The position numbers and the translations under genes were made by a program. The notes beneath the pieces were generated by a model. It ran no database searches. It saw nothing but the letters and a program-made list of their open reading frames with translations, and was not told the DNA's origin. From NCBI GenBank assembly GCA_038145175.1, contig JAYQPE010000003.1, forward strand, positions 111,768 through 175,767: a stretch of 64,000 nucleotides of DNA, given 5' to 3'. This DNA comes from Actinomycetes bacterium (lineage in GTDB: Bacteria > Actinomycetota > Actinomycetes > S36-B12 > UBA5976). This document shows, piece after piece, positions 56,011-64,000 of this stretch (position 1 is its first letter; each line of letters begins with the position of its first letter).

Positions 56011-57810
56011 ATGGCAACTAATGTGACCATGCCTCAATTAGGTGAATCAGTTACTGAGGGAACAGTTACACGTTGGTTAAAAAATGTAGGAGACTCTGTA
56101 AAAGTTGATGAAGCGATTGTGGAAGTTTCAACTGACAAAGTTGATACTGAAATTCCCTCCCCTGTTGCAGGAGTTTTATTAGAAATTAAAACTGCACAAG
56201 ATGCAGTAGTTCCAGTTGGATCTGTAATGGCAGTTATTGGAGAATCAAATTCTGCGGCAAGTGCAACACCTAGTGCTCCAGTTGCTCCAAAAGTTGAAAC
56301 TGCAAAACCGGCACCAACTCCAAAAGTTGAATCAGTGGTAGTAAAAGAAGAGGTAAAACCAGTTGTTACAGAACCTGTTAAACCAACACCTGCGATACCT
56401 TCTGCAAGTGGAGCAACAGTAAATGTAGTTCTTCCTCAACTTGGCGAATCAGTTACTGAAGGAACAATTACTCGTTGGTTAAAAAATGTTGGAGATCAAG
56501 TTTCACTTGATGAGGCAATTGTTGAAATTTCAACAGATAAAGTTGACACAGAAATTCCTTCACCTGCTGCAGGAACAGTTTTAGAGATAAAAGTTAATCA
56601 AGATCAAGTTGCCGCAGTTGGTTCAGTGCTTGCAGTTATATCAACTTCGAATTCGATAAGTTCTTCAACACCAAAACCTCCAGTTGCTCCAAAAGTTGAA
56701 ACTCCAACTCCTGCGCCAACGCCTAAAGTTGACCCAGTAGTAGTTAAAGAAGAAGTAAAACCAGCGACATCAACAGTTACTCAAATTCTTAAATCAGAAG
56801 CACCAATAAATAAAGATTTTTATGCCACACCAATTGTTAGACAACTTGCCAAAGAAAAAGGAATTGATCTTTCATTTGTGAAAGGAACTGGTACTAACGG
56901 AAGAATTACTAGAGAAGATGTTTTAGCTTCTACTACTCAATCTGCACCAAGTGCACAAAGTTCTCAAACCTTTGCTCCTGCAGCTCAACCAGTCACAACA
57001 GTTGTAACAACTCCTGTTTCTGCTCCAAAGGTTACAGAGTCAATTAAAACTTCTACAGCAACTGCTTCAGCATCTGCAAGTCCAACTTTGAGAGGAAAAG
57101 TTGAACAAACTTCAAGGTTAAGAAGAATCATTGCCGAAAGAATGGTGCAATCACTTCATATTTCTGCACAACTAACCAGCGTTGTCGAAGTTGATGTGAC
57201 AAAAATTGCTGCTTTAAGAAATAAAGTCAAAGATTCTTTTGCAACTAGAGAAGGTGTAAAACTTTCCTTCTTGCCATTCTTTGCCAAAGTCACAATTGAT
57301 ACTTTGAAAGAATATCCAATTTTGAACGCGACTATTTCTGAAGATGCCACACAAATTACCTACAGTGACGCTCAGCATTTAGCAGTTGCAGTTGATACTC
57401 CAAGAGGTTTATTGGTTCCAGTAATTAGAGATGCTGGAGATTTATCAATTGCAGGTTTAGCCCGAAAAATTCAAGATGTTGCTAATAGAACAAGAGATAA
57501 CAAAGTAACTCCAGATGAATTAAGTGGTGGAACATTTACTTTAACTAATACTGGAAGTCGAGGAGCTTTATTTGATACTCCCATAATTAATCAACCACAA
57601 GTTGGAATTCTTGGAACAGGTGCGGTTGTGAAAAGACCTGTGGTAGTTAAAGGTGAAGATGGAACAGATCAAATTGCAATTCGACAAATGGTTTATTTAG
57701 CCTTGACTTATGATCATCGTTTAGTAGATGGTGCAGATGCTGCAAGATTCTTATCTTCAATGAAAGTCCGTTTAGAGGAAGCAAATTTCGAGTCTGAATT
57801 AGGTTTGTAA
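56011..57810 (+). CDS. sucB: 2-oxoacid dehydrogenase E2 dihydrolipoyllysine acyltransferase (two lipoyl domains)
   Basis: Two lipoyl-Lys motifs (VSTDKVDTEIPSP, ISTDKVDTEIPSP), a PSBD (ATPIVRQLAKEKGIDL) and the catalytic DHRLVDG. Confidence 0.9.
   Translation: MATNVTMPQLGESVTEGTVTRWLKNVGDSVKVDEAIVEVSTDKVDTEIPSPVAGVLLEIKTAQDAVVPVGSVMAVIGESNSAASATPSAPVAPKVETAKPAPTPKVESVVVKEEVKPVVTEPVKPTPAIPSASGATVNVVLPQLGESVTEGTITRWLKNVGDQVSLDEAIVEISTDKVDTEIPSPAAGTVLEIKVNQDQVAAVGSVLAVISTSNSISSSTPKPPVAPKVETPTPAPTPKVDPVVVKEEVKPATSTVTQILKSEAPINKDFYATPIVRQLAKEKGIDLSFVKGTGTNGRITREDVLASTTQSAPSAQSSQTFAPAAQPVTTVVTTPVSAPKVTESIKTSTATASASASPTLRGKVEQTSRLRRIIAERMVQSLHISAQLTSVVEVDVTKIAALRNKVKDSFATREGVKLSFLPFFAKVTIDTLKEYPILNATISEDATQITYSDAQHLAVAVDTPRGLLVPVIRDAGDLSIAGLARKIQDVANRTRDNKVTPDELSGGTFTLTNTGSRGALFDTPIINQPQVGILGTGAVVKRPVVVKGEDGTDQIAIRQMVYLALTYDHRLVDGADAARFLSSMKVRLEEANFESELGL
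56023..56763 (+). repeat. 402-bp-period tandem duplication inside E2 (lipoyl domain plus Pro/Ala/Lys linker, 56023-56361 and 56425-56763)
   Basis: The two units are readily alignable at the nucleotide level. For example, GAATCAGTTACTGA(G/A)GGAACA...CGTTGGTTAAAAAATGT and the linker GCTCCAAAAGTTGAAACT...GTAGTAAAAGAAGA(G/A)GTAAAACCA occur in both. Confidence 0.85.
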
Positions 57811-57815
57811 AACTA

Positions 57816-58709
57816 ATGAAATTTGTAGTTGCAGGCGGTTCTGGATTAATTGGATCTGCCTTTATCAAAGATGCTTTAAATAACAAACATGAAATAGTGA
57901 AACTGGTTAGAAGAAAACCTAAAGAGTTATATGAATCTCAATGGAATCCAGACACCGGAGAAATTGATTTAAACGCAATAAATAATGCAAAAGCAATTAT
58001 TAATCTTTCTGGTGCAGGTGTTGGTGATAGAAGATGGACAAAAAGATATAAAAAACTGATTCTTTCAAGCAGAGTAAATGCCACAGAAACTTTGTCTAAT
58101 GCAATTGTGAGATTAAACAATCCCCCTTCAGTATTTGTTTCATCTTCAGCAATCGGTTTTTATGGCGATACTGCAGACAAGGCAGTTGATGAAAATGCAG
58201 AACTAGGTGAGGGTTTTCTTTCAGATGTTGTTTTTAATTGGGAAATTGCCGCCCAAAGGGTTAGACAACATAAAATCAGAGTTGTTCACCCACGAACAAG
58301 TTTAGTAATGAGCAAACGTGGAGGCGTGTTAAAAAAAGTTTTGCCAATATTTAAATTAGGTCTTGGTGGAAAACTAGGAAAAGGAAATCAATTTTGGTCT
58401 TATATTTCATTAGAAGATGAAATAAGAGCAATCCATCATCTAATTAATGATGCAAGACTTACTGGAGGAGTTAATTTATCTACTCCAAATCCTGTGACCA
58501 ATAAGGAATTTACAAAAGCATTATCAAGTGTTTTAAATAGACCAGCATTTTTTAATGTTCCATCTCTTGCTTTAAAAATTGCTTTGGGTGAATTTTCAAT
58601 TGAAGTATTAGGTTCCTCGAGAGTTTTGCCTTCAAAATTAATTGCCTCAGGATTTAAATTTAAAAATCCAGATATCTTAAGTACATTAAATTCAGCTTTA
58701 AAATATTAA
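57816..58709 (+). CDS. TIGR01777/YfcH-type NAD-dependent epimerase-family protein (DUF1731 C-terminus)
   Basis: MKFVVAGGSGLIGSAF Rossmann motif. 297 aa. Syntenic with Rv2216. Confidence 0.8.
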   Translation: MKFVVAGGSGLIGSAFIKDALNNKHEIVKLVRRKPKELYESQWNPDTGEIDLNAINNAKAIINLSGAGVGDRRWTKRYKKLILSSRVNATETLSNAIVRLNNPPSVFVSSSAIGFYGDTADKAVDENAELGEGFLSDVVFNWEIAAQRVRQHKIRVVHPRTSLVMSKRGGVLKKVLPIFKLGLGGKLGKGNQFWSYISLEDEIRAIHHLINDARLTGGVNLSTPNPVTNKEFTKALSSVLNRPAFFNVPSLALKIALGEFSIEVLGSSRVLPSKLIASGFKFKNPDILSTLNSALKY

Positions 58710-59954
58710 ATGTCAGAACAATTAGATGTTGCCATAATTGGCGCAGGTCTAGCTGGTTTATCTTGTGCGAAAGAATTAAAAAGAAATAAAATCAATTTTC
58801 GTATTTTTGAATCAAGTGATTCAGTTGGTGGTCGAATAAAAACTGACAATATAGATGGCTTCTTACTTGATAGAGGTTTTCAACTTTATAACCCTAGTTA
58901 CTCAGAAGGAATAAAAATACTTAATTATGAAAAACTCAACCTAAAATCTTTTACCCCAGGTGTAGCGATCAGAGATGAAAATAAATTAAGAGTAATTACA
59001 GATCCATTTAGGAGCACTGAGTATAAATTTAATTTTTTAACTCAAACTCCTGGCTCGATTAGAGAAAAAATTGGACTTATCACCTATTTCTTAAGGTATT
59101 TAATCCAATCTGATGCCCAAATTGCTATTTCCAATGATGTATCTACCTTGGAAGCTTTGAATTCTTCAAGTATAAATAAAAATCTTTTAGATAAACTTTT
59201 AAGACCATTTCTTCAAGGAGTTTTTTTAGAATCCAAACTTGATACTTCAAGAAAGTTTTTAGATACAGTTTTAAAGTCTTTCCTAAGAGGAACTCCGAGT
59301 GTTCCTGAAAAAGGTATGCAACAAATCCCTTTACAAATTGCTGAATCGATTGGTTTTGAAAACATCACATTTAATTCAAAAGTTGAAAAAATAAATGAAA
59401 ATACTTTTTTTGTAAATGAAAAGCAAATTCAAGCAAAGAAAATAGTAGTTGCAACAGATCCTTTACAAGCAATTGATTGGCTTAATTTACCAAGTAAAAA
59501 TATGAACTCTGTTTCAACTTGGTATTTTAAAGCAGATCAAGAAGTTGCTAACTTATTAAATTCTTTACCAATTTTATTTGTAGATGGACAAAATTTAGGG
59601 CCACTTACCAATGCTGTGGTGCTTACTAATGCTTCAAAATCGTATGCTCCTAAAGATGAAGTCTTAGTTTCTGCCTCGAGTATTTTCCCCTTTGAAAATT
59701 CAACCATTGAAGAGGTTAAAAAGCATTGTGCGAAATTATTTGGAGTAAATACTTCTAATTGGGATTTAATTAAAAAGTATGAGATAAAACAAGCTCTTCC
59801 ACAGATGAATCCACCGTTTTCGTTAATCGATTCAAATAAGATTTCGGAAGATCTATATGTATGTGGAGACCATCGAGCAACATCTTCAATTAATGGAGCT
59901 TTATTAAGTGGTAGAAATGCAGCCACCTTAGTGAAGGTAAGTTTAGGTTTGTGA
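58710..59954 (+). CDS. NAD(P)/FAD-dependent amine-oxidase/protoporphyrinogen-oxidase-like oxidoreductase
   Basis: DVAIIGAGLAGLSCAKEL...ESSDSVGGR dinucleotide-binding motif. 414 aa. Confidence 0.7.
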   Translation: MSEQLDVAIIGAGLAGLSCAKELKRNKINFRIFESSDSVGGRIKTDNIDGFLLDRGFQLYNPSYSEGIKILNYEKLNLKSFTPGVAIRDENKLRVITDPFRSTEYKFNFLTQTPGSIREKIGLITYFLRYLIQSDAQIAISNDVSTLEALNSSSINKNLLDKLLRPFLQGVFLESKLDTSRKFLDTVLKSFLRGTPSVPEKGMQQIPLQIAESIGFENITFNSKVEKINENTFFVNEKQIQAKKIVVATDPLQAIDWLNLPSKNMNSVSTWYFKADQEVANLLNSLPILFVDGQNLGPLTNAVVLTNASKSYAPKDEVLVSASSIFPFENSTIEEVKKHCAKLFGVNTSNWDLIKKYEIKQALPQMNPPFSLIDSNKISEDLYVCGDHRATSSINGALLSGRNAATLVKVSLGL

Positions 59955-60679
59955 ATAAATATATAGTCGCAACTTCTGGTGGATTTATTTCTACTAAACG
60001 CTGGGGAGTAATGAGACCTGGTGCTACTTTTTTAAAAGCTTTAGAACTAACTAAAAAAAATCGTCCCAAGGTTTGTTTCATAATGACTGCAACTGGTGAT
60101 GATGCTTCATATATTTCAAGATCTTATGAAGCCATGAGTGAACTTAGTGTTGATGTTTGTCATTTAGCACTTTTTCCACAACCTAATGCAGATATAGAAG
60201 AAAGAATAATGAACTCAAATTTAATTTGGGTCGGAGGTGGATCAGTTGCAAATTTACTTGAAGTTTGGAAAATTCATAATCTTGGCAATCATCTAAAAAA
60301 TGCTTGGGAAAATGGAACTGTTTTATCCGGTGTTAGTGCTGGTTCTATTTGTTGGTTTAAAGGTGGAACCACTGATTCATTTGGTCCAGAACTTAAACCA
60401 ATTACAAACGGTTTAAGTTTCTTACCCTTTGCAAATGGGGTTCATTATGACTCTGAAGAGCAAAGACGACCTTTACTACATTCACTAATTGCAAATAAAA
60501 CCTTTGATTTAGCGTATGCAACTGATGATCACACTGGCATCGTCTTTGAAAACGAAAATCCAATTGAGGTACTAAGTGATGTTACAAACACAAAAGATAA
60601 AATTGCCAGTGCTTACAAAGTTGAATTAAAAGGAAACGAAGTTTTAGAAACTAAATTATTACCAGGAATTATTTCTTAG
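59951..60679 (+). CDS. peptidase S51 / type 1 glutamine-amidotransferase-like protein
   Basis: 242 aa. Nucleophile-elbow motif LSGVSAGSICWF and VGGGSVANLL. Confidence 0.7.
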   Translation: MNKYIVATSGGFISTKRWGVMRPGATFLKALELTKKNRPKVCFIMTATGDDASYISRSYEAMSELSVDVCHLALFPQPNADIEERIMNSNLIWVGGGSVANLLEVWKIHNLGNHLKNAWENGTVLSGVSAGSICWFKGGTTDSFGPELKPITNGLSFLPFANGVHYDSEEQRRPLLHSLIANKTFDLAYATDDHTGIVFENENPIEVLSDVTNTKDKIASAYKVELKGNEVLETKLLPGIIS

Positions 60680-62877
60680 TGCCCTGTTTTATCTAATTTA
60701 CTTGGCCACCAAATCTTTTTACCTGCCATCAAAGTCAACGCTGGCACTAAAACTGATCTAACAATAATGGTGTCAAGCAAAACTCCAAATGCAACTGCAA
60801 ATCCAAGTTGGGCAAGAAATACCAAAGGTAAAACTCCAAGAACTGCAAATGTTGCTGCTAAGACAACGCCTGCTGAAGTAATAACTCCTCCAGTTACAGT
60901 TAGAGCTTTCAACGTTCCAGCTTTTGTACCCATCTTTTGAGACTCTTCTCTCACCCGAGTCATAAGGAAGATGTTGTAATCAATTCCTAAGGCAACTAGG
61001 AATACGAAGGCAAAAAGTGGAAACGAGGTGTCTGCTCCTGGAAATCCAAACACGTATTCAAAAACCAACTGACAGGCACCCAGGGTAGCTGCAAATGACA
61101 ACACCACAGTAGAAATCAACATAAATGGTGCTAAGAAACTTCTTAATAGAAGCATCAAGATTATAAAGATTAATACCAAAACTGTAGGAATAATTAATCT
61201 GTTATCACGATCATTAGCTAGTGCAATATCTTCATTTACTGCAGTAAATCCACCTACTAATGCATCTTCACTTACCGAATCAAGATTTGCTCTTAAATCT
61301 AAAATTGTTTGTTTTGCTTCATATGAATCCGCAGCATTTGTAAGTGTTGCAGTTATTACAACTTTGCCATCAATTATTTTTGGGCTAGGAATTGGTTGTC
61401 CAGGAATTACTGGTCCCTCGGGAAGTGGAAATGCTTCTTCTACGCCTTTGGTTTCACTAATTACTTTTACTAAATCTTTTGTTTTATTTGAAGGTCCAAT
61501 GATGTAAGTAGGATTTCCTTGCCCAGCAGGAAAATGTTTTGCTAATGCTTCTTGTCCTACAACTGAATCAGGATTACCGATTAAGGTTTCAGTTTGCGAT
61601 AAACCATCTGCATCAAGTTGAGTTGAATATCCTGCCAGTGCGATTAAAAGTACACCTGTAATTAAACCTGCTCGTTTTGGTTTTCTACCAACAAAAGCCG
61701 CCACTCTTGCCCACACACCAGATAATTTTTCATCTTTTGAATCAAAATGTGGAACTTTTGGCCAAAAAATCCATCGTCCAAATACTAATAAAAATGCTGG
61801 TAAAAGTGTGAGCATCGTAATAATTGCAACAACAATTCCAATGGCCCCAACTGGTCCTAAAGATCTATTGGCATCAAGTTCAGAAAGTAATAAAACTAAT
61901 AATCCAGCAGAAACTGTGGCACCAGATGCAACGATGGGTTCAAAAACACCTTTCCATGCTTTTCTCATCGCAGTAAATCTTGAAGCAGCTAAATGTAATT
62001 CTTCGCGATATCGAGCAATAAGCAACAAACCATAATCAGTAGCTGCACCAATAACTAAAACTGACAAAATACCTTGTGCTTGTCCATTTAAGGTAATGAT
62101 TTCTTCTTTAGCAAGTAAATAAACAATTGCTCCTGAAACAGATAATGCAATTACAGCTGAAAACAATGGGAAAATCCAAAGTAATGGACTTCTATAAACA
62201 ATTATCAAAATTACGGCTACTACACCAAGAGTTGTGAAAAGTAATGTCGTATCAATTGCACCAAATGCACCAAAGAAGTCTGCCAAAATTCCGCCACCAC
62301 CGGTAACGTTGATTTGTAAGTTTTCAACTTCTTTAGCTTTTTCTCTAATTGAATCAACTATGGCAGGTAAAGCTGGTTCTCCTTCTGGAAGAGGTTCAGC
62401 TATTTTTTCATTAGATAGTTCAACACTTGCCAATATTGCTTTTCCGTCTTGGGAAGGAATTGGGATAATTTTGCTGTTAGAAACAAGATAGCTTTGAACA
62501 TCTCGACCTTCGCTATCTTCTACTTCAATTTTTGGAATACTTGCCAGAAATTCGTTCGCCTTCTTTAAGTTAGTTGAATCCAAATCTCCTGTGACAACAA
62601 CAAGTGCAGGAAGTGAGTCAGAAGATGTAAATTTTAATAATTCTTCACTAACTCTTGATGATTCAGCACTAGATGGTAAAAATGCAGAATTATCATTTTC
62701 TTGTACTTCAGATAATTTTCCAAATAATGGTCCAGCAAAACCTGTAAAGCCTAACCAAATTAAAATCACCAAAAATGCAAGAGCTGAAAACTTTTTTGTG
62801 CCTGTTACTTTTTCTATTTGTTTGAAACTCTTCTTTTTATTGATTTGTTTTCGACTGTGCTTTGCAACAGGACTCAA
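60676..62877 (-). CDS. MMPL-family (RND superfamily) transporter
   Basis: 733 aa with two 6-TM bundles, each followed by a periplasmic domain. GATDYGLLL and LGIDYNIFLMTRVREE motifs. Confidence 0.88.
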   Translation of the reverse strand: MSPVAKHSRKQINKKKSFKQIEKVTGTKKFSALAFLVILIWLGFTGFAGPLFGKLSEVQENDNSAFLPSSAESSRVSEELLKFTSSDSLPALVVVTGDLDSTNLKKANEFLASIPKIEVEDSEGRDVQSYLVSNSKIIPIPSQDGKAILASVELSNEKIAEPLPEGEPALPAIVDSIREKAKEVENLQINVTGGGGILADFFGAFGAIDTTLLFTTLGVVAVILIIVYRSPLLWIFPLFSAVIALSVSGAIVYLLAKEEIITLNGQAQGILSVLVIGAATDYGLLLIARYREELHLAASRFTAMRKAWKGVFEPIVASGATVSAGLLVLLLSELDANRSLGPVGAIGIVVAIITMLTLLPAFLLVFGRWIFWPKVPHFDSKDEKLSGVWARVAAFVGRKPKRAGLITGVLLIALAGYSTQLDADGLSQTETLIGNPDSVVGQEALAKHFPAGQGNPTYIIGPSNKTKDLVKVISETKGVEEAFPLPEGPVIPGQPIPSPKIIDGKVVITATLTNAADSYEAKQTILDLRANLDSVSEDALVGGFTAVNEDIALANDRDNRLIIPTVLVLIFIILMLLLRSFLAPFMLISTVVLSFAATLGACQLVFEYVFGFPGADTSFPLFAFVFLVALGIDYNIFLMTRVREESQKMGTKAGTLKALTVTGGVITSAGVVLAATFAVLGVLPLVFLAQLGFAVAFGVLLDTIIVRSVLVPALTLMAGKKIWWPSKLDKTGH

Positions 62878-63016
62878 GTAAAACTCCCTTTAAGGATTAA
62901 AGTTTTGATTGATAATCAAGGCATTTAAAACAAAAAGCACTCAAAAATCACTATGTATATAGTCTAATAGGACTCTTAAGATGTGCATCCTATGAGTTAA
63001 GAATTACGATAAAGAT

Positions 63017-63682
63017 ATGCAAAATCAAGAGTTTCTAATCCAACACTGGGGCTCTGAAGTCGACTTTCAAAAAGCTTGGCAAAAACAACGCGAAATTCAC
63101 TCTTTAATTGTCGAACAAAATCATAAAAATGTTATTGCATTTTTAGAACATCAAAGTGTTTACACTGCTGGGAGATCAACTAAACCTGAAGATAGACCAT
63201 TTGATTCCTCTCCTGTTATAGATATCGATAGAGGTGGACGTATTACTTGGCATGGCAAGGGACAAATTGTTTGCTATCCAATTATGAAATTAGATGATCC
63301 AGTTGATGTTGTAGCTCACGTTAGAAGATTAGAGCTGTTAATTATTAATGTTTGCAAAAAACTTGGGTTAGATACTTTTCAAATAGATGGAAGAAGTGGG
63401 GTTTGGGTTAAAGGAACTCCCTATAAAAAAATTGCAGCGATTGGTATAAGAGTTGCTAAGAAAGCAACCATGCATGGTTTTGCTCTTAATTGTAATAATT
63501 CTTTAGATCCGTTTAGAAAGATTGTGCCTTGCGGAATCGGTGATGCCGATGTCACAACATTAAGTCTTGAATTAGGTAGAGAAGTAACTGTGGAAGAAGT
63601 CATACCTCTAATTGAGCAAGAGGTAAATGAAGGTGCCTTAATGCTAAAAATCTCAAAACGTCCTAAAGTAGAAGTGTCATGA
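63017..63682 (+). CDS. lipB: lipoyl(octanoyl) transferase
   Basis: [17 protein letters not shown] and the catalytic PCG (KIVPCGI) motif. Confidence 0.93.
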   Translation: MQNQEFLIQHWGSEVDFQKAWQKQREIHSLIVEQNHKNVIAFLEHQSVYTAGRSTKPEDRPFDSSPVIDIDRGGRITWHGKGQIVCYPIMKLDDPVDVVAHVRRLELLIINVCKKLGLDTFQIDGRSGVWVKGTPYKKIAAIGIRVAKKATMHGFALNCNNSLDPFRKIVPCGIGDADVTTLSLELGREVTVEEVIPLIEQEVNEGALMLKISKRPKVEVS

Positions 63683-64000
63683 CAACTGAATTGGTAACTG
63701 GTCTTAATCAAGACGGAAAAAAACTATTAAGAATTGAAGCCAGAAATGCTGAAGTACCAATTGAGAAAAAACCTGAATGGATCAGAACTAAATTAAAAAC
63801 AGGTCCTCAGTACACCCGTATTAGGGAAATGGTCAAGAAAGAAGGACTTCATACAGTTTGCCAAGAAGCAGGTTGTCCAAACATATTTGAATGCTGGGAA
63901 GATCGCGAAGCAACATTTTTAATTGGTGGCTCTGCCTGCACAAGAAGATGTGATTTCTGTTTAATTGACTCTGGAAAACCAGATCCTTTAGATATTAAAG
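63679..64000 (+). CDS. lipA: lipoyl synthase (3' end outside window)
   Basis: My own translation gives MTTELVTG...KPEWIRTKL...[13 protein letters not shown]...CTRRCDFC (radical-SAM CxxxCxxC). ATGA overlap with lipB. It is absent from the ORF track because there is no stop codon within the window. Confidence 0.92.
   Translation, partial: MTTELVTGLNQDGKKLLRIEARNAEVPIEKKPEWIRTKLKTGPQYTRIREMVKKEGLHTVCQEAGCPNIFECWEDREATFLIGGSACTRRCDFCLIDSGKPDPLDIK

Noticed and set aside
1-64000. Search for rRNA, tRNA, CRISPR arrays, transposases, integrases, prophage or toxin-antitoxin/defence modules
   Set aside because: None was recognised. No spacer is long enough apart from those discussed, there are no direct-repeat arrays and no GGTTCGAATCC-type T-arm sequences. 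Every ORF above 100 aa has a plausible housekeeping or transport assignment.

Overview
This is a 64-kb, very gene-dense, AT-rich chromosomal segment (about 35-45% GC by eye). Its gene content and order are clearly actinobacterial. It reproduces the M. tuberculosis Rv2188c-Rv2218 neighbourhood: pimB-like GT, trpD, ctaE-qcrCAB, ctaCDF, adoK-like PfkB kinase, erpA, glxK, DUF3043, a cobT-like gene, gcvT, pepA, lpd plus E2, and lipB-lipA. The genome looks streamlined, so I infer a planktonic low-GC actinobacterium (acI/Nanopelagicales-like), but that assignment is not proven. About 29 kb sits between the two respiratory gene blocks. It carries terC, a lexA SOS module, cysK-cysE, a thioredoxin/DUF4395/DinB trio, a complete fructose PTS operon, gdh, an ABC-F ATPase, nrdR-nrdJ (a B12-dependent RNR), a malic enzyme, an ethanolamine-type permease and nhaA. 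I found no rRNA, tRNA, CRISPR, transposase, integrase or phage genes. The most notable items are:
- a cobalamin riboswitch with its own terminator, driving a five-gene translationally coupled ECF uptake operon that starts with a surface-anchored protein and ends in a truncated CobT-like ORF
- a triple LexA-box region controlling lexA and a YneA/ChiZ-like LysM protein, with an unannotated Cys-rich mini-ORF just downstream
- an exported thioredoxin, CxxC membrane protein (DUF4395-like) and DinB operon
- an IscS-like protein that appears to have lost its PLP-binding residues
- an unusually GC-rich leader and intergenic region at nrdR
All family assignments come from by-eye motif recognition. No database search was run.
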